Assembly (NCBI GenBank): GCA_038230635.1 | Contig: JBBRMW010000160.1 | Span: 1-13,316 of the forward strand | Direction of reading: 5' to 3' | Origin: Aggregatilineales bacterium | GTDB lineage: Bacteria; Chloroflexota; Anaerolineae; Aggregatilineales; UBA2796 | Length of the DNA stretch: 13,316 bases | In this document: positions 1 through 7,574 of the stretch, in pieces | How positions within the stretch are numbered: position 1 is the stretch's first letter | Layout: each line of letters opens with the position of its first letter | Notes under the pieces: model-generated | The model's database searches: none | Told to the model about the DNA's origin: nothing | The model's input: only the letters and a program-made list of their open reading frames with translations | Made by a program: the position numbers and the translations under genes

Positions 1-1908
1 CGCATCGTCGGAGCATTGCGTGACGGGCAAATCGGCGTTTTTTATAACGTGGGCGCAGCCGGATTTGGTGGTCGTGAAGCGCTCTTTCCGATCCTTGAAT
101 CGGTGCTAACCAGCATTCTCGGCGAGGGGCTGTTTACCTACCGCGTGCTGCCCATCCTGGCTGGCCTGCTCAGCATCGCTTTGGTCTATGCGATCGGCAA
201 ACGCTTGTTTGGACGGTCGGAGGCGCTGATCGCTGCGCTTGCGTTAGGCGTCGGCTTGTGGCCTGTATTGCTCAGTCGGTCGGTCATTTCGCAATCGATC
301 TTGCTCACAACCACACTTGGCGTCCTTTACGCCTTGAGTCGAGCCTTTTATATTGGGCGCGCGGTTCAGATCACGGCTGCAGCGCGCGCGCGCACGGCGG
401 CTTTTACGGCACTGGGCGTCCTGATGGCTTTGTCCATCTATGCCCATTGGACGGGCTTATTCATCTTTCCGATGGTCGCCGCCTTCGTTATCTATATACG
501 GCGCACGCGCAAACCTGCCTTGCGCGGCGAACTCAGTTACAGCGCATATGCCCTGCTCGTTATGTTGATTTTGGGTATTCCATATCTGACGACGACGCTG
601 CGCGTGCCGGGCTTAAGCGGATTTGGCACTTTGTGGCACAATCGCCCCGTGAATTTTTACGCACTGTTGGCAAATGCCCGTCAAATATTGGTTTCGCTGC
701 TCGCCGGTGACAATTTGAATTTGCTGGTAGTGGCGCTGGTCGGCTTGTTGCTGGTATCGGGGATCTTGTTCGCGGCGCGGCGGACCCGTAACCCGGCGGC
801 GACTCACCCGTTGATCGCGCTGGTCATCGGGGTGCTGCCCGCTATTTGGGTGGGCGGCGGCGCATTCGATCTAACGCTGGCATTTCCGGGCGCGGCGCTC
901 TTGATCGGACTCGGTGGCGCGTCCGTGATGCGCTGGCTGCGGGTGACGCTGCGCTTTTCACGGCGGTGGCGCGTCTTGCCGTCCCTGATCATCTTCACCG
1001 CCGCATCACTTGCGCTGTTGGCAGTGCTCAGCAGCGAACTCTTCAGCCGTCCGCCGCCCGACTTAGCTTACGAACGACAGTATCACGCCACGCTCGGCGG
1101 ATTAGCGGCCTTTCTGGATACCATCCATGATAAACTGCCAACCCTGATTTGTACCGATCACCTGCTCACGGATGTTGCGCCACCCATCGCGCCCGATACG
1201 TTACTCGCCATGCTGACTCACCGCCATGCCGCGAATTTGCGTTTCAGTCAATGCGATCGATCGTTGGTGCTGGCGGATGGTGGGCGCGGCCAGCGCGTGA
1301 TTTACCTCAGCGTCGATGGGGCGATCCCGCCCATATTAGGCGCATGGCTGCCCGCCGAAAGCATCAGCAAGCCCGTTCCGAATGCGCCCTCGTTGGCGCT
1401 CGTTACGTTAAATGTGGAACAACCGGTGGCGGATGCGATGGGCCAACTTACCCTGAGCCATGTTGAATGGCCGCCCGATTTGCCCAATGCGCAAACGACC
1501 GTTCAGCTACCTGTGCGCCTGGGCGATTTTCTGCATTTCGAGGGCTACGAAATCGGTGTGGTGCAATCCTACCACCCGGGTGATCTCGTTCGCTTGGTCA
1601 CTTATTGGCGGATCGACGGCGTGCAGGCGCGTGACTTGCGGGTGTTCGCGCATGTGCTGGCGGATCCAGGTTCCGAACCCATTCTGCAAAATGACACGCT
1701 GGATGTGGCGGCGGGATATTTGCAAGACCGCGATATTCTGATTCAGGCGAGCGACATTCAACTTCCTTACCCTTTCGCCGACGGTCAATATTACATCTCG
1801 GTGGGGGCGTATCATGCCCTCACCGGGGTGCGCATCCCTGTCTACGACGAACACGATCAAATGCGCGGCGATCGGCTGTTCCTGGGTACAATTACCATCA
1901 AAGGTTAG
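1..1908 (+). CDS. GT-C fold membrane glycosyltransferase (family 39/83, PMT/ArnT-like), 5'-truncated by the window edge. The first ~350 aa are multi-TM and the last ~280 aa form a soluble (probably extracytoplasmic) domain.
   Basis: The reading frame is open from nt 1, and the track ORF begins at an internal TTG at 16. The N-terminal region has many hydrophobic helices and the loop pattern 'LFPILESVLTSILGEGLFTYRVLPILAGLLSIALVYAIGKRLFG' typical of GT39/ArnT-type enzymes. Stop is TAG at 1906-1908. The family assignment is from memory of motifs, not a search. Confidence 0.6.
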   Translation, partial: RIVGALRDGQIGVFYNVGAAGFGGREALFPILESVLTSILGEGLFTYRVLPILAGLLSIALVYAIGKRLFGRSEALIAALALGVGLWPVLLSRSVISQSILLTTTLGVLYALSRAFYIGRAVQITAAARARTAAFTALGVLMALSIYAHWTGLFIFPMVAAFVIYIRRTRKPALRGELSYSAYALLVMLILGIPYLTTTLRVPGLSGFGTLWHNRPVNFYALLANARQILVSLLAGDNLNLLVVALVGLLLVSGILFAARRTRNPAATHPLIALVIGVLPAIWVGGGAFDLTLAFPGAALLIGLGGASVMRWLRVTLRFSRRWRVLPSLIIFTAASLALLAVLSSELFSRPPPDLAYERQYHATLGGLAAFLDTIHDKLPTLICTDHLLTDVAPPIAPDTLLAMLTHRHAANLRFSQCDRSLVLADGGRGQRVIYLSVDGAIPPILGAWLPAESISKPVPNAPSLALVTLNVEQPVADAMGQLTLSHVEWPPDLPNAQTTVQLPVRLGDFLHFEGYEIGVVQSYHPGDLVRLVTYWRIDGVQARDLRVFAHVLADPGSEPILQNDTLDVAAGYLQDRDILIQASDIQLPYPFADGQYYISVGAYHALTGVRIPVYDEHDQMRGDRLFLGTITIKG

Positions 1909-1919
1909 AGACTTCACCC

Positions 1920-2867
1920 ATGTTCGAGATCGTTTTCCTGGGCACGTCGGCCTCCGCGCCGTCCGCCCATCGTGGGCTGGCCGCGCAGGTCGTGCTGGCG
2001 AAAGAATATCGTTTCCTGGTCGATTGCGGCGAAGGTACGCAGCGCCAGATTCTCAAAAGCGGGATCGGCTTCAAAAACCTCGACCGTATCCTGATCACGC
2101 ATGGTCACCTGGATCACATTCTGGGGCTGGGCGGGTTGTTATCGACGCTCGTGCGCTGGGAAAGTATCGAGCCGATCGAGATTTTTGGTGGGCGTTGGGC
2201 GTTGGAGCGTATCCATGATCTGCTGTTCAACATCGTGCTGCGCGATGAGAAGCACCCCGTCCCGATCAGCTTGGTCGATCTCGCGCCAGGCACATTTTTC
2301 GAGGACAAAGATTTCAGCGTGAGTGCTTTTCCGGTCACGCACCGGGGCAGCGGCTGTTTCGGCTTTATCTTTCAGGAACATCCGCGCCGCCCGTTTTTGG
2401 TCGAAAAAGCCGAGGCGCTCGGCATCCCGAACGGCCCAGAGCGGGCGCGTTTGGTACGCGGCGAACCCGTCACACTGGCCGACGGTCGTCAGATCGATCC
2501 AGAGACGGTGCTTGGTCCGAACCTGCCCGGCGCGCGTCTCGTCCACATCGGCGATATTGGGCGCACCGATAACGTGATGGAATTCGTCGCCGATGCCCAT
2601 GCGCTCGTGATCGAGGCGACGTACCTGGAGGACGAGGCGGATATGGCGCGTCAGTTCGGACATCTGACGGCGGCGGGCGCGGCGCGGCTGGCCCGCGATA
2701 CCAATGTCGGCACGCTCATTCTGACGCATCTCTCGCGTCGCAATCGAGAGCGCGACGTAATCGCCGAGGCACAAGCCATCCACCCGAACACGTTTGTCGC
2801 CCGCGATTTCGACCGCTTTTCGATCAGTAAAGACAAGCCCGTGCAAAAGATCATTCCAGTAGACTGA
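1920..2867 (+). CDS. rnz: Ribonuclease Z (tRNA 3'-processing endonuclease, metallo-beta-lactamase fold)
   Basis: 315 aa. N-terminus 'MFEIVFLGTSASAPS..RFLVDCGEGTQRQIL' and the zinc motif 'ITHGHLDHILGLGGLL' (HxHxDH) match, and the length is typical of short-form RNase Z. Starts 11 nt after the preceding stop. Confidence 0.85.
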   Translation: MFEIVFLGTSASAPSAHRGLAAQVVLAKEYRFLVDCGEGTQRQILKSGIGFKNLDRILITHGHLDHILGLGGLLSTLVRWESIEPIEIFGGRWALERIHDLLFNIVLRDEKHPVPISLVDLAPGTFFEDKDFSVSAFPVTHRGSGCFGFIFQEHPRRPFLVEKAEALGIPNGPERARLVRGEPVTLADGRQIDPETVLGPNLPGARLVHIGDIGRTDNVMEFVADAHALVIEATYLEDEADMARQFGHLTAAGAARLARDTNVGTLILTHLSRRNRERDVIAEAQAIHPNTFVARDFDRFSISKDKPVQKIIPVD

Positions 2868-2877
2868 TCTGGCTTTA

Positions 2878-2992
2878 ATACGGATTCCGGGTATAGACCA
2901 AATAGTGGGGTACGTTGGACTCCCCCTCTCCGTGATGACGGAGAGGGGTGGGGGGTGAGGTGAATCTTATAGGATATACCCGAATTCCGTAT
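2878..2992. repeat. Nested inverted-repeat element. Imperfect 18-bp arms (atacggattccgggtata at 2878-2895 and tatacccgaattccgtat at 2975-2992, 16/18 complementary) flank a perfect 11-bp-stem hairpin (2923-2933 / 2938-2948, loop gatg) and a G-tract (tggggggtgagg, 2949-2960).
   Basis: Complementarity read directly from the sequence. Lower-GC intergenic region between the convergent rnz (+) and the M50B peptidase fragment (-). Confidence 0.6.
2921..2962. repeat. Copy 1 of a ~44-nt REP-like repeat (hairpin ccccctctccgt-gatg-acggagagggg followed by ggggggtgagg). Copy 2 lies at 11418-11461 in the opposite orientation.
   Basis: The reverse complement of 2921-2962 aligns with 11418-11461 (cctcaccccccc..ccccctctccgt..ac(a/g)g(c/a)gaggggg) with only loop and 2 arm differences. 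Confidence 0.65.
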
Positions 2993-3006
2993 AAGCTCTC
3001 GCTGTA

Positions 3007-3128
3007 AGGCCATTCCAGAGAAAAGCATATCCCAGGGATCGAATGGATTCCGACGTATTCCGACTACGAGAACAAAACAATATGGGCATCCTGTGGACGA
3101 TGGAATACCTATTTTTCTGGAATGGCCT
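3007..3128. repeat. Long hairpin / inverted repeat. Arms 3007-3024 (aggccattccagagaaaa) and 3112-3128 (ttttctggaatggcct) give 17 bp with one bulged G, around an 87-nt loop.
   Basis: Read from sequence. The right arm contains the TAG stop (3127-3129, minus strand) of the M50B C-terminal fragment. The region is AT-richer than the surroundings. Confidence 0.6.
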
Positions 3129-3738
3129 AAGTACGGAGAGAGTCAGGGTGAGGTTCACGCTTTCTGCGCATCGGCTGGATAAACGCCACATAAAATGCCA
3201 CGCCCATCATCCCAATCACCAGCATCGCCCACAGCCCCACCCAGAATACCGTCGGCAGTCCGGTACTGGTCGCCATAACAGCCGCGTCATTTGGATAACT
3301 GCCCACCGATGCGTTCGGGCTGCCAAATAACAGCCAGATGTCCGCGATGGCGTTCAGGCCGATCACGAGCGCCAGGAAGTTCAGCACGAACACCGTCAGC
3401 GCCCGTCGCCCAAACATCCCCAACAGTGCCAGCAGCCCTGCCGCGATCAATCCGATCCGTACAGCGACTTCTGCCCAAGCCGCCGCCAGCGACAATGCTA
3501 CCATCGCGGCGGTGATTAGGCGGATCGGCAGCCGATAACGCACGATCGCCCCACCAATGATCCAGGCCATACCGCCGATCGCCAACGCGGGCAGCAGCAC
3601 GCTCGCGGCACGGGTGAACAGAATCACGCAGCCGCCGATCAGAACCGCCAATCCGTAGGCCACCCAACGCACGTCGCGCAGCCGATTCGTCAGCACCAGC
3701 AAAATTGCGCCACACAATCCCGCTCCCAGATAACCCAT
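3127..3738 (-). CDS. M50B-like membrane metallopeptidase, C-terminal fragment (multi-TM, conserved 'NDAAVMATSTGLPTVFWVGLW' motif). It begins at an ATG that directly follows an in-frame TAG of the upstream fragment.
   Basis: 203-aa ORF, very hydrophobic, with the S/NDAA..L..TG.P...W motif typical of PF13398-type proteins. It is in the same frame and contiguous with ORF 3739-4077. Confidence 0.65.
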   Translation of the reverse strand: MGYLGAGLCGAILLVLTNRLRDVRWVAYGLAVLIGGCVILFTRAASVLLPALAIGGMAWIIGGAIVRYRLPIRLITAAMVALSLAAAWAEVAVRIGLIAAGLLALLGMFGRRALTVFVLNFLALVIGLNAIADIWLLFGSPNASVGSYPNDAAVMATSTGLPTVFWVGLWAMLVIGMMGVAFYVAFIQPMRRKREPHPDSLRT

Positions 3739-4026
3739 CTACGGTGTCAAAAACGGACTGCCACCTTGCAACCGCGCCAGCCCTGCACCGTTCGGAAACA
3801 CCTCGAAACCAAGAAACTGCCCACCTGTTAAAATCGCGGTCAGACCATGTCCGAGTTCGTGAATCAACGAGACGAGCAAACGCATTGGATAGAGCAAGCC
3901 TTCTAGCGTGCTCGTTTGCCACACGATCAAAACGACCACGAACGCGACTGCCGCGATCAGCACGGTGTTTCGCGGTTGATCGGGCGCGGTTTCTGTGTTT
4001 ATAGGCCGTGGAAAAGGGGTGGTCAT
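3739..4026 (-). CDS. M50B-like membrane metallopeptidase, N-terminal fragment (TM helix plus HELGH zinc motif), ending at in-frame TAG 3739-3741
   Basis: 'LLVSLIHELGHGLTAILTGGQFLGFEVFPNGAGLARLQGGSPFLTP*' then 'MGYLGAG..'. Homologs read through ..AAGYLGP.. at this point. The preferred start is ATG at 4024-4026, preceded by GAGGA 9-13 nt upstream; the track ORF extends to 4077. Confidence 0.6.
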   Translation of the reverse strand: MTTPFPRPINTETAPDQPRNTVLIAAVAFVVVLIVWQTSTLEGLLYPMRLLVSLIHELGHGLTAILTGGQFLGFEVFPNGAGLARLQGGSPFLTP

Positions 4027-4140
4027 GGCTGAAATCCTCGTTCGCAGTCCATACAACTCGCCGTGAATGGTACACACACCTTGCAGTTTGCACCAAATGA
4101 CTGTTTCACCACTAGCCAGCCACCTTTGAGGCGGGTATGA

Positions 4141-5328
4141 TTGATCGGCTCATTAAAATCGCTTAACAGTGAGTCGGAGAACTTTGTGATCGATCTCGCC
4201 ACCTATTATCAAGAAAACGTCAACACGATCGTTGATCTGACCACCCAACTCGCCAATTTTGAATCGCCCACCAGCAGCAAAGAGCACGTCGATCGCTTGG
4301 GCGCTTTTATCGAGTCCGAATTGACCGCGATCGGCGCGTCTGTCGAGCGCATTCCGCGCGAGACGGTCGGCGATATATTGCTTGCACGCTGGAATGCTGA
4401 TCGCCCTGGCGCGCCGATCTTGTTCGTGATGCACATGGATACAGTATGGCCGCTCGGAACGCTGGATACGCGCCCCGTCCACGTCGAGGGCGATAAATTG
4501 ATCGGCCCCGGCACGTATGACATGAAGGCGAGTATCGCGCTGGTACTGACCTGTATGCGTACCCTGCGCGACCACGCGATGCTGCCCGATCGTCCGATTT
4601 GGGCGTTGCTGAGCAGCGACGAGGAGACGGGCAGCGTCCATTCGTCGGAGTTCATCGAACAGACGGCCAAGCACTGCGGGCTGGCATTGGTTATGGAATT
4701 CGCCGCCAAAAACGAGGGTCTCAAAACGTGGCGGAAGGGCGTCGCCCATTACACCCTGAACGTGGCCGGACGATCCTCGCACGCAGGTAACGCCCCGGAA
4801 AAGGGTATTAATGCGGTGCTCGAAGCGGCTCATCAAACGCTGCGTTTGAGCGAACTCAACGCGCCCGATCGCGGCACCACGGTCAACGTAACGGTGGCGC
4901 ACGGCGGCTCTGCGGTCAATGTGATCCCGGATGTCGCTTCGATCCGCATCGATGTCCGGTTCACCACCCGCGCCGAGGCCGAACGCATCGCGCGTGCATT
5001 CGAATCAGTGACCCCGATCTTGCCGGGTGCGACGCTCATTACGCACCTCGATACCATCCGCCCGCCAATGGAGCATGATGCCCTGATGATCCGCAATTTC
5101 GCGCAGATCAAAGCGATCGCGGCACGGCATGGTCTGGAACTCGGCGAAGATGGCAGCGGCGGCGGCAGCGATGGCAACTTTGTCGCGGCGATCGGCGTTT
5201 CGACGCTGGATGGTCTCGGTGCGCATGGTGACGGTGCGCACGCCACCCACGAGCACTGCCTGATTCCAAGTCTGGCGCGGCGGGCGGTTTTGCTGTCGGC
5301 GGTGCTGCGCGAGTGGGGATCGGGCTGA
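4141..5328 (+). CDS. M20A family metallopeptidase, carboxypeptidase G2 / glutamate carboxypeptidase-like
   Basis: 'ILFVMHMDTVWPLGTLDTRPVHVEGDKLIGPGTYDMKASIALVL' and 'LSSDEETGS' align closely with CPG2 'LLLMSHMDTVY..FRVEGDKAYGPGIADDKGGNAVIL' / 'NTDEEKGS'. The start is uncertain: TTG 4141 or GTG 4186. Confidence 0.8.
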   Translation: MIGSLKSLNSESENFVIDLATYYQENVNTIVDLTTQLANFESPTSSKEHVDRLGAFIESELTAIGASVERIPRETVGDILLARWNADRPGAPILFVMHMDTVWPLGTLDTRPVHVEGDKLIGPGTYDMKASIALVLTCMRTLRDHAMLPDRPIWALLSSDEETGSVHSSEFIEQTAKHCGLALVMEFAAKNEGLKTWRKGVAHYTLNVAGRSSHAGNAPEKGINAVLEAAHQTLRLSELNAPDRGTTVNVTVAHGGSAVNVIPDVASIRIDVRFTTRAEAERIARAFESVTPILPGATLITHLDTIRPPMEHDALMIRNFAQIKAIAARHGLELGEDGSGGGSDGNFVAAIGVSTLDGLGAHGDGAHATHEHCLIPSLARRAVLLSAVLREWGSG

Positions 5329-5514
5329 ACCTGCCCTGTTTTTCCCTAATGGGAGCAGGGTCGCGCTGCAACCGGGATGCAACCATGCCGTGACGACTTT
5401 AGCCGCCGCTGACTCAGGAATCGGGTGTACCATAGAGTCTTGTGGGCATAAACCAACTCAGCGAACCTAGTTCGGGTTCCAGGTTTGTTCCCCAAGAAAG
5501 TTTGAGTACAAATC

Positions 5515-7560
5515 ATGTCGCCGCTTCTCATTGTGTTACTGATTGTGGCGCTCTTTGCTTTATACATCTTGCGTGCCGCGATCAAATTTATCCCCAACAA
5601 TCGCGTGGGGATCATCGAAAAGCGTTTTGCCAACAAAGGTTCGGTCAAAGCCGACAGCTTCATCGCGCTCAACCGCGAGGCGGGCTACCAGCCGAATCTA
5701 CTGCGCGGTGGTCTCCACTTCCTGATGCCCTTCCAATATCATGTTCACCTGATGCCGTTGGTGACGATTCCGCAAGGACAAATCGGCTACGTGTTTGCGC
5801 GTGACGGTCAACCGCTGCTGCCCACCCAGACGCTCGGCGTGGTCGTCCCCGAAAGCAAGACCTTCCAAGATGTCGATGCCTTTCTCAAACATGGTGGCGA
5901 ACGTGGCCCGCAGCGCGAAATCCTCCGCGAAGGCACTTATGCGCTGAACCTCGTACAGTTCGTGGTCTTCACTGATGGGGGAGTCTATTTTCTGCCGATC
6001 AGCAGCCAAGATGAAGCCGTTTTCAAGCGGATGGCGACGCTGATCCGCGATCGCGGTGGCTTCGAGCCGATCGTCATCAAAGGCACAGAAGACGAGGTGG
6101 GCGTCGTCACGGTGCATGATGGCCCCTCGCTGCCCCAGGGTGAAATCATCGCGCCGACTGTTGGCGACGAGGTGAAGGATCCAACCACCTATCACAATAA
6201 GTTCCAGGATTCCGAAAAGTTCCTGTTGGGCGGTGGACGACGTGGCCGCCAGCTGCAGGTGCTCGTTGAGGGCACATATTTCATCAATCGGCTGTTCGCC
6301 ACTGTCGAGATGATCCCCAAGACGACGATTGATGTCGGTTTCGTCGGCGTGATCGTGTCATACGAAGGCGAGCTAGGTGGCGATCTCTCCGGCGACGATT
6401 ACAAGCACGGCGAGATGGTCGAAACGGGCTTCAAGGGCGTCTGGAACAAGCCGCTCATGCCGGGTAAATATGCCTTCAACACGTATGCGGGCAAAGTGAT
6501 TATCGTGCCGACGACGAACCTCATTCTGAAATGGAACAAAGATGAAGTTGGCTCCCATCGCTTGGACGAGAACTTGTCCGCGATCGAACTGATCACCAAA
6601 GATGCGTTCGAGCCGCTGCTGCCGCTCTCGGTCGTGATGCACATCGACTACCGCCAAGCACCACTCGTGATCCAGCGCTTCGGCGACATCAAACGGCTGG
6701 TCGATCAGACGCTCGATCCAATGGTGGCCGCCTATTTCAAGAACGTCGGCCAAACGCGCACACTGATCCAGTTGATCCAAGAGCGCAGCGACATTCAGAA
6801 CCAGTCGGCACAAGAGATGAAAGATCGGTTCGCCCATTACAACCTCGAACTGGAAGAAGTGCTGATCGGCACACCGCAATCTTCCGGCAACGATCAGAAG
6901 ATCGAGACAATTTTGGCGCAGTTGCGCGATCGTCAGATTGCGGTCGAGCAGATCGAAACCTACAGCCGCAAAGAAGAAGCCGCTGGCAAAGAGCGCGAAC
7001 TGCGCCAAGCCGAAGCCATCGCCCAGCAGCAAACATCGCTCACCCAGTCGCAGATCGCCATTGAAATTCAAGCCAACGAAGGTCGCGCCGCCTATCAACG
7101 CTCGCTCCAGGACGCCGCGAAGATCAAGGCACTGGCTGAGGCAGACGCTGAACGGGAAGCGCGCGTTGGTATCGCCAAAGCGCTGGCGATTGAGGAGCAG
7201 GTGCGCGCCTACGGTGGGCCGCAGTTCCAGGTCTTGCAGCAGACGATGGAGCGTTTCAGCACGGCAGTCGAGCGTTCCGGGGTCGAGATCGTGCCCAAGA
7301 TGGTTATCACCAACGGCGGCAATGGTGCGAACGGCGGCAGTTTCAGCGCCTTCGAGGGACTGATCACGATGCTATTGTCCGACAAGCTGGGCATCAAGGT
7401 CGATAGCAAACCGCGTAACAGCGAAACGCCCGATGAGGTTAAGCGCATCCGTGACAGCATTCTGAAAGGACTGGCCGCACCGCAGCCCGCGATGGATAGT
7501 GGCAGTGCGCCCGTGACCGCTCCAGTAATGCCCACCACCAAGAACGGCAGCGCGTCGTAG
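5515..7560 (+). CDS. Flotillin-like SPFH/band-7 domain membrane protein (YqiK/FloT-like), unusually long at 681 aa, with a C-terminal Ala/Glu/Gln-rich coiled coil
   Basis: N-terminal TM helix followed by 'IKFIPNNRVGIIEKRF', typical of flotillin-family N-termini. C-terminal 'EAIAQQQTSLTQSQIAIEIQANEGRAAYQRSLQDAAKIKALAEADAEREARVGIAKALAIEEQ' is a flotillin-type coiled coil. Tandem stops TAG TAA at 7558-7563. Confidence 0.75.
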   Translation: MSPLLIVLLIVALFALYILRAAIKFIPNNRVGIIEKRFANKGSVKADSFIALNREAGYQPNLLRGGLHFLMPFQYHVHLMPLVTIPQGQIGYVFARDGQPLLPTQTLGVVVPESKTFQDVDAFLKHGGERGPQREILREGTYALNLVQFVVFTDGGVYFLPISSQDEAVFKRMATLIRDRGGFEPIVIKGTEDEVGVVTVHDGPSLPQGEIIAPTVGDEVKDPTTYHNKFQDSEKFLLGGGRRGRQLQVLVEGTYFINRLFATVEMIPKTTIDVGFVGVIVSYEGELGGDLSGDDYKHGEMVETGFKGVWNKPLMPGKYAFNTYAGKVIIVPTTNLILKWNKDEVGSHRLDENLSAIELITKDAFEPLLPLSVVMHIDYRQAPLVIQRFGDIKRLVDQTLDPMVAAYFKNVGQTRTLIQLIQERSDIQNQSAQEMKDRFAHYNLELEEVLIGTPQSSGNDQKIETILAQLRDRQIAVEQIETYSRKEEAAGKERELRQAEAIAQQQTSLTQSQIAIEIQANEGRAAYQRSLQDAAKIKALAEADAEREARVGIAKALAIEEQVRAYGGPQFQVLQQTMERFSTAVERSGVEIVPKMVITNGGNGANGGSFSAFEGLITMLLSDKLGIKVDSKPRNSETPDEVKRIRDSILKGLAAPQPAMDSGSAPVTAPVMPTTKNGSAS

Positions 7561-7574
7561 TAATCCACATCGAT

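Noticed and set aside
369-392. A 12-bp alternating GC tract (gcgcgcgcgcgc) that could form Z-DNA
   Set aside because: It lies inside the glycosyltransferase coding frame, encoding AARARTAA. It is most simply a codon-usage consequence in high-GC DNA.
3036-3056. tRNA-like T-loop resemblance (cagggatcgaatggattccg)
   Set aside because: There is no flanking acceptor or anticodon stem consistent with a tRNA. The segment lies in the loop of the 3007-3128 hairpin, and only a partial TTCGAAT-like core is present.
2967-3330. ORFs 2967-3191 (-) and 3043-3330 (+) covering the AT-rich hairpin region
   Set aside because: They run through inverted-repeat DNA and overlap the M50B 3' end antisense or out of frame, and they have no protein-like composition. 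They are better explained as a structured non-coding element.
3287-4096. A 269-aa minus-strand ORF spanning the TAG interruption in another frame
   Set aside because: It is Arg-rich (RRVVW..RARSTAKHRADRGSRVRGR) with no hydrophobic core or motifs, which is the typical off-frame product of high-GC coding DNA. The in-frame M50B reading has clear family motifs.
4153-4902. Antisense ORFs of 249, 235, 241, 199, 184 and 165 aa inside the M20, rnz, flotillin and nnr genes
   Set aside because: Long antisense or off-frame ORFs are expected at ~60% GC. The sense-strand products have strong family signatures, and the antisense translations have no motifs.
5329-5514. A candidate terminator/promoter in the M20-flotillin gap (cctgccctgtttttccctaatgggagcaggg)
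   Set aside because: The stem is short and imperfect, and the T-run sits inside the loop rather than after the stem. I could not support a confident terminator or -35/-10 call.
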